Source: Bdellovibrionales bacterium (GTDB lineage Bacteria; Bdellovibrionota; UBA1018; CAIMNF01). From it: a stretch of 64,000 nucleotides of DNA. Every line of letters starts with the position of its first letter. Positions within the stretch are counted from its first letter, which is position 1. Positions 52,493 through 61,213 of the stretch are shown in pieces. Position numbers and translations under genes: made by a program. Location: NCBI GenBank assembly GCA_040380025.1, contig JBEIJY010000002.1:32001-96000 (forward strand). Reading direction: 5' to 3'. The notes under the pieces are model-generated. The model did no database searches and was not told the origin of the DNA. It saw only the letters and a list, made by a program, of their open reading frames with translations.

Positions 52493-54460
52493 ATGCTTCA
52501 AATTCAAGCCGTATCGAAGAGTTTCGGATCGAAAGTCCTGTTTGAGGGCGTACGCGCGAATCTCGATGCTCGCTCCCGGATCGCCCTTGTGGGGCCGAAC
52601 GGGGCTGGCAAATCGACTCTGATCAAGATGATCCTGGGGGGCGAGCACCCCGATCAGGGGGCGATTGTTCTTCATCCCCACGTTCGGGTCGGGCATCTGG
52701 CTCAGGAGCTTCCGAAGTTCGAGGATCGCACCATTCTGGACGAGGTGATGAGCCTCGGGGGGCGCCGCGGAGAAATCCTTGCACGAAAAGCCTGGCTCGA
52801 GCACGAGATGCAATCTCGCGAAGCGGGTCCGGCGCAGGATTCGGTGCTCTCGGCCTATGCAAAGGTTCTCGAGGAACTCGACTCGTTCGACGAGTTCCGT
52901 CTTCCCTCGCGGGCCGAGCGGATTCTCGAGGGGGTCGGCTTCCGGAGCCGGGATTTCGGGCGGAAGCTCTCGGAATTCAGCGGGGGCTGGCTCATGCGCG
53001 TGGCGCTGGCGCGCGTGCTTCTTTTGAATCCCGATATGCTCATCCTTGACGAGCCGACCAATCATCTGGACCTCGAGTCCCTGCTGTGGCTCGAGGAATT
53101 CTTGAAGGGCTATCCCGGCGCGATTCTGATGGTGAGCCATGATCGCGTGTTTTTGAACAAGCTCGTGAACGGAGTCTGGGAGATCGATCAGCGTCGCATC
53201 GAGACTTATTCGGGCGACCTCGATGCGTTCGTCGTTCAAAAAGAGGAACGCCTGAAGGTGCTCGAGGCGCGGGCGCAAGGGCAAGAGGCGAAGGCCGCCG
53301 AACTTCGCGCGTTCATCGAGCGGTTCGGTGCGAAGGCAAGCAAGGCCAGACAGGCGCAAAGCCGCATGAAGCAACTCGAAAAACTCGAGTCCCTCGAAAA
53401 AATCGAACTCCCGCAGGCAACGTCGGGAATCGGGTTTCGGTTCCCGCCCTGTCCGAAGAGCGGCTCGGTGGTGGCAACCATCAAGGGACTTCAGGTCAGA
53501 GTCGGGGCGGGCACCCAGGACGAGAAGACGCTCTTCTCGGGCTTGGACTGGATCGTCAAGCGCGGCACGCGCACCGCGATCGTCGGCGTGAATGGTGCCG
53601 GTAAAACCACTCTTCTGCGGGCTCTTGCCCGCAGTCTCGGGAACGGGGCCGAGTTCACCGCGGGCGAGTTCCGCCTGGGGCATGAGGTTCGCATCGGCTA
53701 CTATTCCCAGCTTCAGGCCGAGACGCTCGATCTCGAAAGCACGATTCTCGAAGAGCTCGAGTCGACGGCACCCACGCTCGAAATCGCCCGCATTCGGGGC
53801 GTGGCGGGGGCGTTTCTTTTTCGGGGCGATGATGTCGAGAAAAAGATCAAGGTCCTCTCGGGCGGCGAGAAGGCGCGAGTGGCGCTTGCGAAACTCCTGC
53901 TGACCCCGAACAACTTTTTGCTCCTCGATGAGCCGACCAACCACCTTGACGCGGATTCGCGGGAGGTTCTGCTGAGTGCGCTCCAGGAGTACGACGGGAC
54001 ATTGTGCCTGGTTTCGCATGATCGTGATTTTGTGGCGCCCCTTGCCGATCAGCTCCTCGAGATCGAAAATCACAAGGTGATCCCGCTTGTGATTCCCTAC
54101 GAGGAGTATCTCGAAAAGAAGACCCGCGAGACCCGCGAAAAAATCAAACAATCCTCGCGGAGCGGGACGCTTGCGGCCGCGACCCGGACTCTTGGTGCGA
54201 CTAGCGATGCTCCGGCGGAATCGAAGGCGCCGAAGATCTCGAACAACCAGCGAAAGGCATGGGAGCGGGAGTTCCAGCTCATTGAGGCCTCGATCGCCGA
54301 TCTCGAAGAACGAATCCGCGAGCTGAACGACCGGATCGCCTCGGGCGATTTCGAAAAGGACGCGGGGAAAATCCGGGCATGGATCGAGGAGCAGTCGGCT
54401 CTTCAGCTCGAATTGGACGCAAAAATGACACGATGGGAAGAGCTCGGAGGCTTATTATGA
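52493..54460 (+). CDS. ABC-F family ATP-binding protein
   Basis: Two ABC domains (GPNGAGKST, SGGW, DEPTNHLD; GVNGAGKTT, SGGE, DEPTNHLD), no TM, coiled-coil C-terminus. Confidence 0.95.
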   Translation: MLQIQAVSKSFGSKVLFEGVRANLDARSRIALVGPNGAGKSTLIKMILGGEHPDQGAIVLHPHVRVGHLAQELPKFEDRTILDEVMSLGGRRGEILARKAWLEHEMQSREAGPAQDSVLSAYAKVLEELDSFDEFRLPSRAERILEGVGFRSRDFGRKLSEFSGGWLMRVALARVLLLNPDMLILDEPTNHLDLESLLWLEEFLKGYPGAILMVSHDRVFLNKLVNGVWEIDQRRIETYSGDLDAFVVQKEERLKVLEARAQGQEAKAAELRAFIERFGAKASKARQAQSRMKQLEKLESLEKIELPQATSGIGFRFPPCPKSGSVVATIKGLQVRVGAGTQDEKTLFSGLDWIVKRGTRTAIVGVNGAGKTTLLRALARSLGNGAEFTAGEFRLGHEVRIGYYSQLQAETLDLESTILEELESTAPTLEIARIRGVAGAFLFRGDDVEKKIKVLSGGEKARVALAKLLLTPNNFLLLDEPTNHLDADSREVLLSALQEYDGTLCLVSHDRDFVAPLADQLLEIENHKVIPLVIPYEEYLEKKTRETREKIKQSSRSGTLAAATRTLGATSDAPAESKAPKISNNQRKAWEREFQLIEASIADLEERIRELNDRIASGDFEKDAGKIRAWIEEQSALQLELDAKMTRWEELGGLL

Positions 54461-55884
54461 ATTTTGACGAACTTGCGATTTCAGACAGCATGAAGGCACG
54501 CCTGAAAGAAATCGGCTTCACCGCGATGACTCCGATTCAGGAGGCGACGATTCCCGTGATTCTCGCGGGTCGCGATGTGATCGGCCAATCGAAGACGGGA
54601 AGCGGGAAGACCGCAGCCTTTGGGATACCGATTCTCGAAAAAATCGTCGTGCGCCAAGAAGGTCACCCTGAGCTTCAGGCCTTGATTCTGTGCCCGACCC
54701 GCGAGCTCTCGGCCCAGGTGGCTCGCGAGCTCCGGCGGCTCGGCACCAAAAAAATCGGTCTTCGGGTGATTGAGCTTGGGGGCGGAGTGCCGGGAGGCCC
54801 GCAGGCTCGCCAGCTCGAGAACGGAGTCCAGGTCGCGGTGGGCACCCCGGGGCGGGTGCTCGATCATCTCGAGCGAGGGCGGCTGGATCTGGCGAGTCTT
54901 CGGATGCTCGTGCTCGATGAGGCGGACCGGATGCTTGAGATGGGGTTTCAGGAAGAGATGGACGGGATTTTTTCGAGGCTTCCCGAATCGCGACAAACGC
55001 TGTTGTTTTCGGCGACTTTTCCGCGTGGAATCCTCGAGATGAGCGCGCGGTGCCAGAACGATGCAATTCCGCTCAAGCCCGAGGTGCCGTCGACGGACGA
55101 AGCGGAATCCTCCACGCAAGCGCTGATCCGGCAGGAGTTTCGGGTATTGGAGGGGGGAGAGGGGCAGGGGACCGATCGAACGGATGCGCTCTTGTCGCTT
55201 CTTTGGGAGACCGACCCCGAATCTGCGATCGTATTTTGCAACTTCAAGGCGGTCAGTTTTGAGCTGGTGCGCGATCTGAAAATGCTCGGCATCAGCGCCG
55301 ATTGTTTGAACGGGGATCTCGAGCAGAGGGAGCGGGACCTCGTGATGGCGCGATTCCGGAATCGAAGCCTTCGCATTCTGGTGGCCACCGATGTTGCGGC
55401 ACGGGGAATCGATGTGGCGGGGCTCGATTTGGTGGTGAACTATGAGCTTCCCCAGAAAACCGAAAATTACGTTCATCGCATCGGCCGCACCGGACGGGCC
55501 GGGAAGACCGGCCTTGCCGTCTCGCTCATTCTTCCGCGCGAGAAGGATCGCGCCCGCATGCTGGTCGGCCCGGCGTTTGGCGACGAAATCTTTGCGCCCG
55601 CCCGGACCGGCACTCCCGAAGGAGGGGCAAAACCCGCCCTTCAGGCCGGAATGGAGACACTGATCATTCTGGAAGGCCGGAAGAACAAGATGCGTCCCGG
55701 TGACATTTTAGGAGCCCTGACGGGCGAGGCCGGAGGCCTCTCGGGCGAGCAGGTGGGAAAGATCGAGATCCATGACTTTCATGCCTTCGTCGCGATCGAG
55801 AAGAAGTCCGCCGCCCGCGCGCTTGCGCGTTTGCAAGAGGGGCGAATCAAGGGTCGAAAGGTGCGGGTCGAGCGGCCGAGGTGA
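54457..55884 (+). CDS. dbpA: DEAD-box RNA helicase DbpA
   Basis: TGSGKT, PTRELS, DEAD, SAT, HRIGRTGRAG; C-terminal GRKNKMRPGDILGALTGE DbpA domain. Confidence 0.93.
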   Translation: MNFDELAISDSMKARLKEIGFTAMTPIQEATIPVILAGRDVIGQSKTGSGKTAAFGIPILEKIVVRQEGHPELQALILCPTRELSAQVARELRRLGTKKIGLRVIELGGGVPGGPQARQLENGVQVAVGTPGRVLDHLERGRLDLASLRMLVLDEADRMLEMGFQEEMDGIFSRLPESRQTLLFSATFPRGILEMSARCQNDAIPLKPEVPSTDEAESSTQALIRQEFRVLEGGEGQGTDRTDALLSLLWETDPESAIVFCNFKAVSFELVRDLKMLGISADCLNGDLEQRERDLVMARFRNRSLRILVATDVAARGIDVAGLDLVVNYELPQKTENYVHRIGRTGRAGKTGLAVSLILPREKDRARMLVGPAFGDEIFAPARTGTPEGGAKPALQAGMETLIILEGRKNKMRPGDILGALTGEAGGLSGEQVGKIEIHDFHAFVAIEKKSAARALARLQEGRIKGRKVRVERPR

Positions 55885-56036
55885 ATCGTTCGAACATTCT
55901 GGTGCACAGCCGGGCCCGAAGAGCGTCAAGAAAATATCTTTTCTTTTTTCTTTTTTCCTTGACCTGACGTCTGTAAGCTTATGAAGTAATACCATTCAAC
56001 GCAGTAAAACTATTGTTTGTCAGGAAAGGGATTTTC

Positions 56037-56816
56037 ATGTCTCGGATTAATAAAATCGTCCTGTCTTTGTTTGCGTTTTCGACCTTGTTTTCGAGCCCCG
56101 CTTTCGCAGAATCATCAAAAATGCTCAATCAGAACGACTTCGTGGGAATCTCGTTTTGGATGATCTCGATGGCTCTCGTGGCGGCAACCGCCTTCTTCTT
56201 TCTCGAAACCCAGCGGGTTGCGGGAAAGTGGAAGACCTCTCTCACCGTTTCTGGTCTGGTGACCCTGGTCGCTGCGACTCACTACTTCTACATGCGTGAA
56301 GTATGGGTTGAGACGGCAAGCACCCCGACCGTATACCGGTACATTGACTGGCTCATCACGGTTCCCCTTCTGATCACCGAGTTCTATCTGATCCTTCGTG
56401 CGATCGGAAAGGCCTCTGCCGGAATCTTCTGGCGTCTGATCATCGGAACCACCGCGATGCTCGCCCTCGGATACATGGGCGAAGCCGGTTACATGGGCGT
56501 GTGGCCCGCATTCATCCTGAGCTGTCTTGCGTGGTTCTTCGTGATCTACGAAATCTACGCCGGAGAAGCAGGAAGAATCGGAACCACCCAGGCTCCTCCC
56601 GCAGTTCAATCAGCGTACCGCACCATGCGGACCATCGTGGTCTTCGGCTGGGCGGTTTATCCGATCGGATACTTCGTCGGATACCTCACCGGTGCAAACC
56701 CTGCCGACAGCATGGGAACTCTGAACATCGTTTACAACTTTGCTGACGTTGTGAACAAAATCGGCTTCGGCGTGATCATTTGGAACGTAGCCGTCACTTC
56801 GAGCGAATCGAACTGA
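56037..56816 (+). CDS. Proteorhodopsin, DTE outward proton pump, green-tuned (Leu105), with signal peptide
   Basis: HYFYMR (His75), RYIDWLITVPLLITEF (D97/T101/L105/E108), YNFADVVNKIGFG (retinal Lys); 7 TM helices. Confidence 0.96.
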   Translation: MSRINKIVLSLFAFSTLFSSPAFAESSKMLNQNDFVGISFWMISMALVAATAFFFLETQRVAGKWKTSLTVSGLVTLVAATHYFYMREVWVETASTPTVYRYIDWLITVPLLITEFYLILRAIGKASAGIFWRLIIGTTAMLALGYMGEAGYMGVWPAFILSCLAWFFVIYEIYAGEAGRIGTTQAPPAVQSAYRTMRTIVVFGWAVYPIGYFVGYLTGANPADSMGTLNIVYNFADVVNKIGFGVIIWNVAVTSSESN

Positions 56817-56833
56817 TTCGAACAAAAATAAGG

Positions 56834-56868
56834 AAAAGCCCCGCGACCCTGTCGTGGGGCTTTTTTTT
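56834..56868 (+). terminator. Intrinsic terminator after proteorhodopsin
   Basis: AAAAGCCCCGCGAC-CCT-GTCGTGGGGCTTTTTTTT. Confidence 0.88.
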
Positions 56869-56874
56869 GACCTC

Positions 56875-58866
56875 ATGAAACACTTTGATGTCGTCATTGC
56901 GGGCGGCGGTCTTTCCGGAATGATCTGCGCCGACACCCTCGCGAATTCTCCGAACACCGAACTCCGCATCGCCATTGTGGATCCCGATCCCGCGAGCCTG
57001 AAATCGAGGACTTTCGCGAGCTGGACAAAAAAATCCGAGCCTCCTCATCGGTATTCCGGCCTGGTTTCGAAGCGATGGGATCGGTTCCGGGTCACCGACC
57101 CCCGCGGGAATCCGATCGAAAGATCATTCGAAGACTATTGCTACGAGTACGTATCGGGAGAGTCGCTTTTTGAGCATTGGAATCAAAAAATCAATGCTGA
57201 TCCCCGCTTTCATCGCATCGATCAATCCGTCCGGACCATCACCGAGGAGCGAAATCCCGACACTGGACAGATTCGTGCGGTGGTGGAGCTCAAGGACGGA
57301 CGCATCCTTCATGCTGATCGGGTGTTGAGCTCTCCCGCGCGCCATCCGGGAGCGGTTCAACAAAGCTTTTTCGGGCTCGAGATCGAAACGACCGAGGAGT
57401 TCTTCGATCCGGATGTGGTGGATCTCATGGATTTTCGCTTCGAGCAAAAAGGCGAGGTCCGGTTTGTGTATCGCTTGCCCCTGAGCAAGACCCGCGCACT
57501 GGTCGAGTTCACGGTCTTTTCGGCAAGCGATGTTTCCAGAACAGACTGCGAGGCGGGACTGCAAGAGTATCTTTCTCGATTGCTGGGGCTCCCTTCGTAT
57601 TCCGTGCTCCGGACCGAATCCGGGATCATTCCGATGGGCGTGGACCCGGAGCCTTTTTTCCCCCCTTCGTTTCGAAGCCAGGTGATGGAATCGATCGGAG
57701 GAGCGGGAGGAAGAATCAAGGCCAGCACGGGATACTCCTTTCGGCGGAATCTGGAGCACCCGGAAGCGGGGACGAGCGCGGGATCTGCGCGCTTCCGGTT
57801 CCGGATGTATGATGTGCTACTGCTCGGGATGATTCGACAAAACGGCGGCGTGGTCGCCGGCGTCTTTGCCCGATTGTTCGCACGAAACCGACCGGGAGCG
57901 GTGTTTTCGTTTCTGGACGAAAAATCGCGACCCTTGGACGAGGCCAGGATTTTCTGGTCCCTGCCTTGGACGCCTTTTTTGCGACAGTTGTTGCTGGAGT
58001 ATCCTTTTCTTTTTGCCGCAATGGCAACTCTTTTGCTTCAGCATGCGATCGGAGGATTCGCCGGCTGGATCGTGCCCCTTTCGGGTCTGCTCATTACGGG
58101 CGTTCCCCATGGGAGTGTCGATCATTTGCTGAATCCAGCCCAAAAAAACAGACTTTCCTTCACGCTTCGCTATCTCATAGGAATGGCGCTTTATCTTCTC
58201 GCCTGGTGGTTTGCGCCTCTTCTGACCTTCTTGTTCTTTCTTTGGCAGTCGGCCGATCACTTCGGCGAGGCATATTGGATTCGCGCGATCCGCGCGTCCA
58301 AGAATGATCCCCTGGTTCGCGGACTGGTCTGGCTCTGGGGCCTGTTCGCGGCCGGATTCAGTGTTTTGTTTCATTGGGAAGAGGCGATGCCGATCGTGAT
58401 CGGCATCGTGGGCGATCAGGAGTGGATCCGAACACTCCCGGACTCGCGGGCTGGGTTTCTCTCGCTCGTTCTTTTTGGAATGGCCTTCATTGCGGCCCAT
58501 TTGCTCGATCGCTATGAGCGCAGGTCCAGGGGGCGGCCCCCGAGCGGTGCTCCGGCCACGCTTCTTCTCGGGGCTGTGCTCATGATGCTTCCTCTTTTAC
58601 CGGGCTTTCTTTGTTTCTTTGCGTTCTGGCATGGCTGGGATTCGATCCGGGCCCAGCGGGAGCGCATGGGGTGGAGCGTGGGCGATTACGTTCGGAAGGC
58701 GTTGCCACTCTCGGTGGTTTCATGGGCCGGAATCTTTGGCTTGATTTGGTGGTTCGACGGGCTGATTTGGAAGGTCTTTTTTATCGCGATCGGCGCTCTC
58801 ACCGCGGCCCACGTGCCCGCAATGAAGCGATTTTTACTTTCACGACCAACAGAAGAGCGGGGATGA
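56875..58866 (+). CDS. Fused lycopene beta-cyclase (CrtY-type) / beta-carotene 15,15'-dioxygenase (Blh/Brp)
   Basis: N-terminus: GGGLSG, LMDFR, F.Y.LP....ALVE.T.FS, E.G.IPM, IG.AGG..KASTGYSF. C-terminal TM domain: GVPHGSVDH, SADHFGE, FWHG, LTAAH. One uninterrupted frame. Confidence 0.9.
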   Translation: MKHFDVVIAGGGLSGMICADTLANSPNTELRIAIVDPDPASLKSRTFASWTKKSEPPHRYSGLVSKRWDRFRVTDPRGNPIERSFEDYCYEYVSGESLFEHWNQKINADPRFHRIDQSVRTITEERNPDTGQIRAVVELKDGRILHADRVLSSPARHPGAVQQSFFGLEIETTEEFFDPDVVDLMDFRFEQKGEVRFVYRLPLSKTRALVEFTVFSASDVSRTDCEAGLQEYLSRLLGLPSYSVLRTESGIIPMGVDPEPFFPPSFRSQVMESIGGAGGRIKASTGYSFRRNLEHPEAGTSAGSARFRFRMYDVLLLGMIRQNGGVVAGVFARLFARNRPGAVFSFLDEKSRPLDEARIFWSLPWTPFLRQLLLEYPFLFAAMATLLLQHAIGGFAGWIVPLSGLLITGVPHGSVDHLLNPAQKNRLSFTLRYLIGMALYLLAWWFAPLLTFLFFLWQSADHFGEAYWIRAIRASKNDPLVRGLVWLWGLFAAGFSVLFHWEEAMPIVIGIVGDQEWIRTLPDSRAGFLSLVLFGMAFIAAHLLDRYERRSRGRPPSGAPATLLLGAVLMMLPLLPGFLCFFAFWHGWDSIRAQRERMGWSVGDYVRKALPLSVVSWAGIFGLIWWFDGLIWKVFFIAIGALTAAHVPAMKRFLLSRPTEERG

Positions 58867-59689
58867 AGAGCAGGATTTTTCGAGTGGTCGGGACCACGGT
58901 CCGGTTCCGGAATGCTGTTTTCGGGTCACTCGCCGCGGTCTTCAGCAATTCGTGACCGATTTGCTGATAGAGTTTTCCGGCGAAGGCGATCGCCACGGCC
59001 GTCCGAAGGGGCAAAAATGCAATCCCCCGAAAGCCCTCGTCATACCAACGGTCAGCAAGACGCAACAACGACCGCACCGCCGGGAGCGCTCGCTCAGGTT
59101 CGTGTGCCAGCTCGCGTGCCAAGTCGTGAGCCCCTAGCCCCGGCATGAGATCAGCCGGAATGTACACTCGGCCGATCCGGGCATCGGCTTGGATGTCGCG
59201 CGCAATGTTCGTGAGCTGCATTGCCTTTCCGAGCGCGGCGGCCGGAGCCGGCGCCCGGATCGGATCGGCACCGATCACGGGGCACATCATGAGTCCCACG
59301 ACTCCGGCCACACGAAAGCAGTACTGTTCGAGTTCCGAAACGGTCGCATAGCGCGTGTCTTCGAGATCCATCCGGAACCCCGCGAGGAATTCCGCCCGGT
59401 GCGCGGGATCGACCCAGGCGGGAGGGCTGAAAGGAGAGTTTGCGTCGGTAGCGCACTCGATTTCTTGAAGCCCGCGCAGCGCAGCGGAGCGGTCAGGGGC
59501 CTCGTCGATTCGATCATCACAGTTTCGGCACCACTGATACAGCCGAAGTGCATCGTGGCGCGTGGAGCGCGGCAAAAAAAATGAAGCGAGGGCAAAGCTT
59601 TTCGATCCTTGCCGGATCACCTCCTCGGGCGAAATCGCGGGGTGAGGTCTAGGATGCGGTCGAGGGTGCTCGTCTGGCGCGGCCGTCAT
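58799..59689 (-). CDS. crtB: Phytoene synthase
   Basis: GSKSFALAS, LY.WCR.CDD.ID, GF.MDL, YCFRVAGVVGLMM, LG.AMQLTNIARDI..DA..GRVY.P. Confidence 0.95.
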   Translation of the reverse strand: MTAAPDEHPRPHPRPHPAISPEEVIRQGSKSFALASFFLPRSTRHDALRLYQWCRNCDDRIDEAPDRSAALRGLQEIECATDANSPFSPPAWVDPAHRAEFLAGFRMDLEDTRYATVSELEQYCFRVAGVVGLMMCPVIGADPIRAPAPAAALGKAMQLTNIARDIQADARIGRVYIPADLMPGLGAHDLARELAHEPERALPAVRSLLRLADRWYDEGFRGIAFLPLRTAVAIAFAGKLYQQIGHELLKTAASDPKTAFRNRTVVPTTRKILLFIPALLLVVKVKIASLRARGPR

Positions 59690-61213
59690 TCAGGCCTGCG
59701 CCTCGAATCGGGCCGATCGAATGTCGTCCAAGAGCAGATTCGCGGTCGCTTTTGCGGAATTCACGACTCCCGGAACCCCTGCCCCGGGATGCGTGCCGGC
59801 GCCGACAAAATAGAGACCCTTCAGGTCGGGGTCGCGATTTCGGGTGCGGAACGCAGCACTTTGCCAAAGGACGGGTTCGGCCGAGAAGGCCGCACCCAGA
59901 TGTGAGTTCAGCTCGTCCCGGAAATCCTCAGGCGTGAAGATGCGCTGGGTGACGATGTGCTTTCGCAAATCGGGAGCGTAGCGGGTCTCGATGTACTCGA
60001 GGATTTTCTCGGCATAGGCGGGGCCCTCTTTCTTCCAGTCGATCTTGAGGTTTCCGAGATGGGGAACGGGCGAAAGAACATAAAACGCCTCACATCCCTC
60101 GGGGGCCATCGACGGGTCCGAGCGGGTGGGGGCATGAAGATAGAGCGAGAAATCATCGGGGATTTCGTCATTCTTGCTGAAGATTTTTTTCAGGAGCTCG
60201 CGGTAGGATTTTCCGAACAGAATATTGTGATGGGCGAGTTTCGGATATTGCTTGCTTGTCCCGAAGTAAATCAAGAAGAGGGACATGCTCTGGGATTGCC
60301 GGAGCGCTTTCTGGCGCGAGGGGCGGACTTGTTCGGAGTTTCGAAGAAGGTGCGAGTAACTGTGAACCACATCGGCGTTCGTGACGACGATGTCGCAGGG
60401 CCAGGTCCCCTGATGCGTGCGAACCGCCGAAACGCTCGAGCCATGGGTCAAAATCTCATCGACGGGAGTCGAGAGCTCGATTCTTCCCCCAAGTTCCTGA
60501 AACAACCGCACAAGAGCGTTCACGAGTGCGCCGGTTCCTCCGCGCGGAAAGAACACGCCCCAGTTTCGTTCGAGGTAATGAATCAGGGTGTAAATCGAGG
60601 AGGTCTTGAAGGGGTCGCCGCCCACTAGCAACGAATGAAAACTGAATGCCTGGCGAAGCTCACGGTCTTCGATGTATTGCGAGACCGTCTTGAAGACCGA
60701 GCGGTGAGCCTTCAGATTCACAAGCTGGGGTGCAACCCGCACCATGCTCCAGAGATTCAAAAACGGAACATGGGCGAGCTTGGTGTAGCCCTCATCGAAG
60801 ACATTCTTCGAGTAGTTCAGGAACCGCTCATAGCCTTCGACGTCGCGCGGGGACTTCGACTGGATCTGCTCGAAGGTCGTCTTCGGATCGTTCGAGTAGT
60901 CGAAGACATAGCCGTTCTCCCAAAAGAGCCGATAAAACGGGCTCACGGGCATGAGCTCGACGTAGTCTTCCATCTTCCGGCCCGCCTCTTCGAACAACTC
61001 CTTCAGGCACTCAGGCGCGGTGATCACAGTGGGACCAGCATCGAAAACAAAGCCCTTGTCCCGGTACACATAGGCCCTGCCGCCAGGCTGGTCTCGCTTT
61101 TCGAAGAGCACCACTTCGTGTCCGGCCGTTTGCAGGCGCACGGCGGCGGCCAGTCCCGCAAAGCCACTGCCGATGACGGCGATTCTTTTTTTGTTCCTGA
61201 TTTTTTCAGCCAT
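59690..61213 (-). CDS. crtI: Phytoene desaturase
   Basis: VIGSGFAGLAAA, GGRAY, FDAGPTVIT, SLYLHAP, GAGTHPGAGVPGV. Confidence 0.97.
   Translation of the reverse strand: MAEKIRNKKRIAVIGSGFAGLAAAVRLQTAGHEVVLFEKRDQPGGRAYVYRDKGFVFDAGPTVITAPECLKELFEEAGRKMEDYVELMPVSPFYRLFWENGYVFDYSNDPKTTFEQIQSKSPRDVEGYERFLNYSKNVFDEGYTKLAHVPFLNLWSMVRVAPQLVNLKAHRSVFKTVSQYIEDRELRQAFSFHSLLVGGDPFKTSSIYTLIHYLERNWGVFFPRGGTGALVNALVRLFQELGGRIELSTPVDEILTHGSSVSAVRTHQGTWPCDIVVTNADVVHSYSHLLRNSEQVRPSRQKALRQSQSMSLFLIYFGTSKQYPKLAHHNILFGKSYRELLKKIFSKNDEIPDDFSLYLHAPTRSDPSMAPEGCEAFYVLSPVPHLGNLKIDWKKEGPAYAEKILEYIETRYAPDLRKHIVTQRIFTPEDFRDELNSHLGAAFSAEPVLWQSAAFRTRNRDPDLKGLYFVGAGTHPGAGVPGVVNSAKATANLLLDDIRSARFEAQA

Noticed and set aside
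56037..56816. Sodium/chloride pump, xanthorhodopsin or heliorhodopsin identity
   Set aside because: The motif is DTE, not NDQ or NTQ, and the sequence follows the proteorhodopsin pattern with no fenestration Gly.
59630..59689. HPRPHPRPHP repeat at the CrtB N-terminus as a functional metal-binding motif
   Set aside because: Very short low-complexity leader with no supporting evidence of function.
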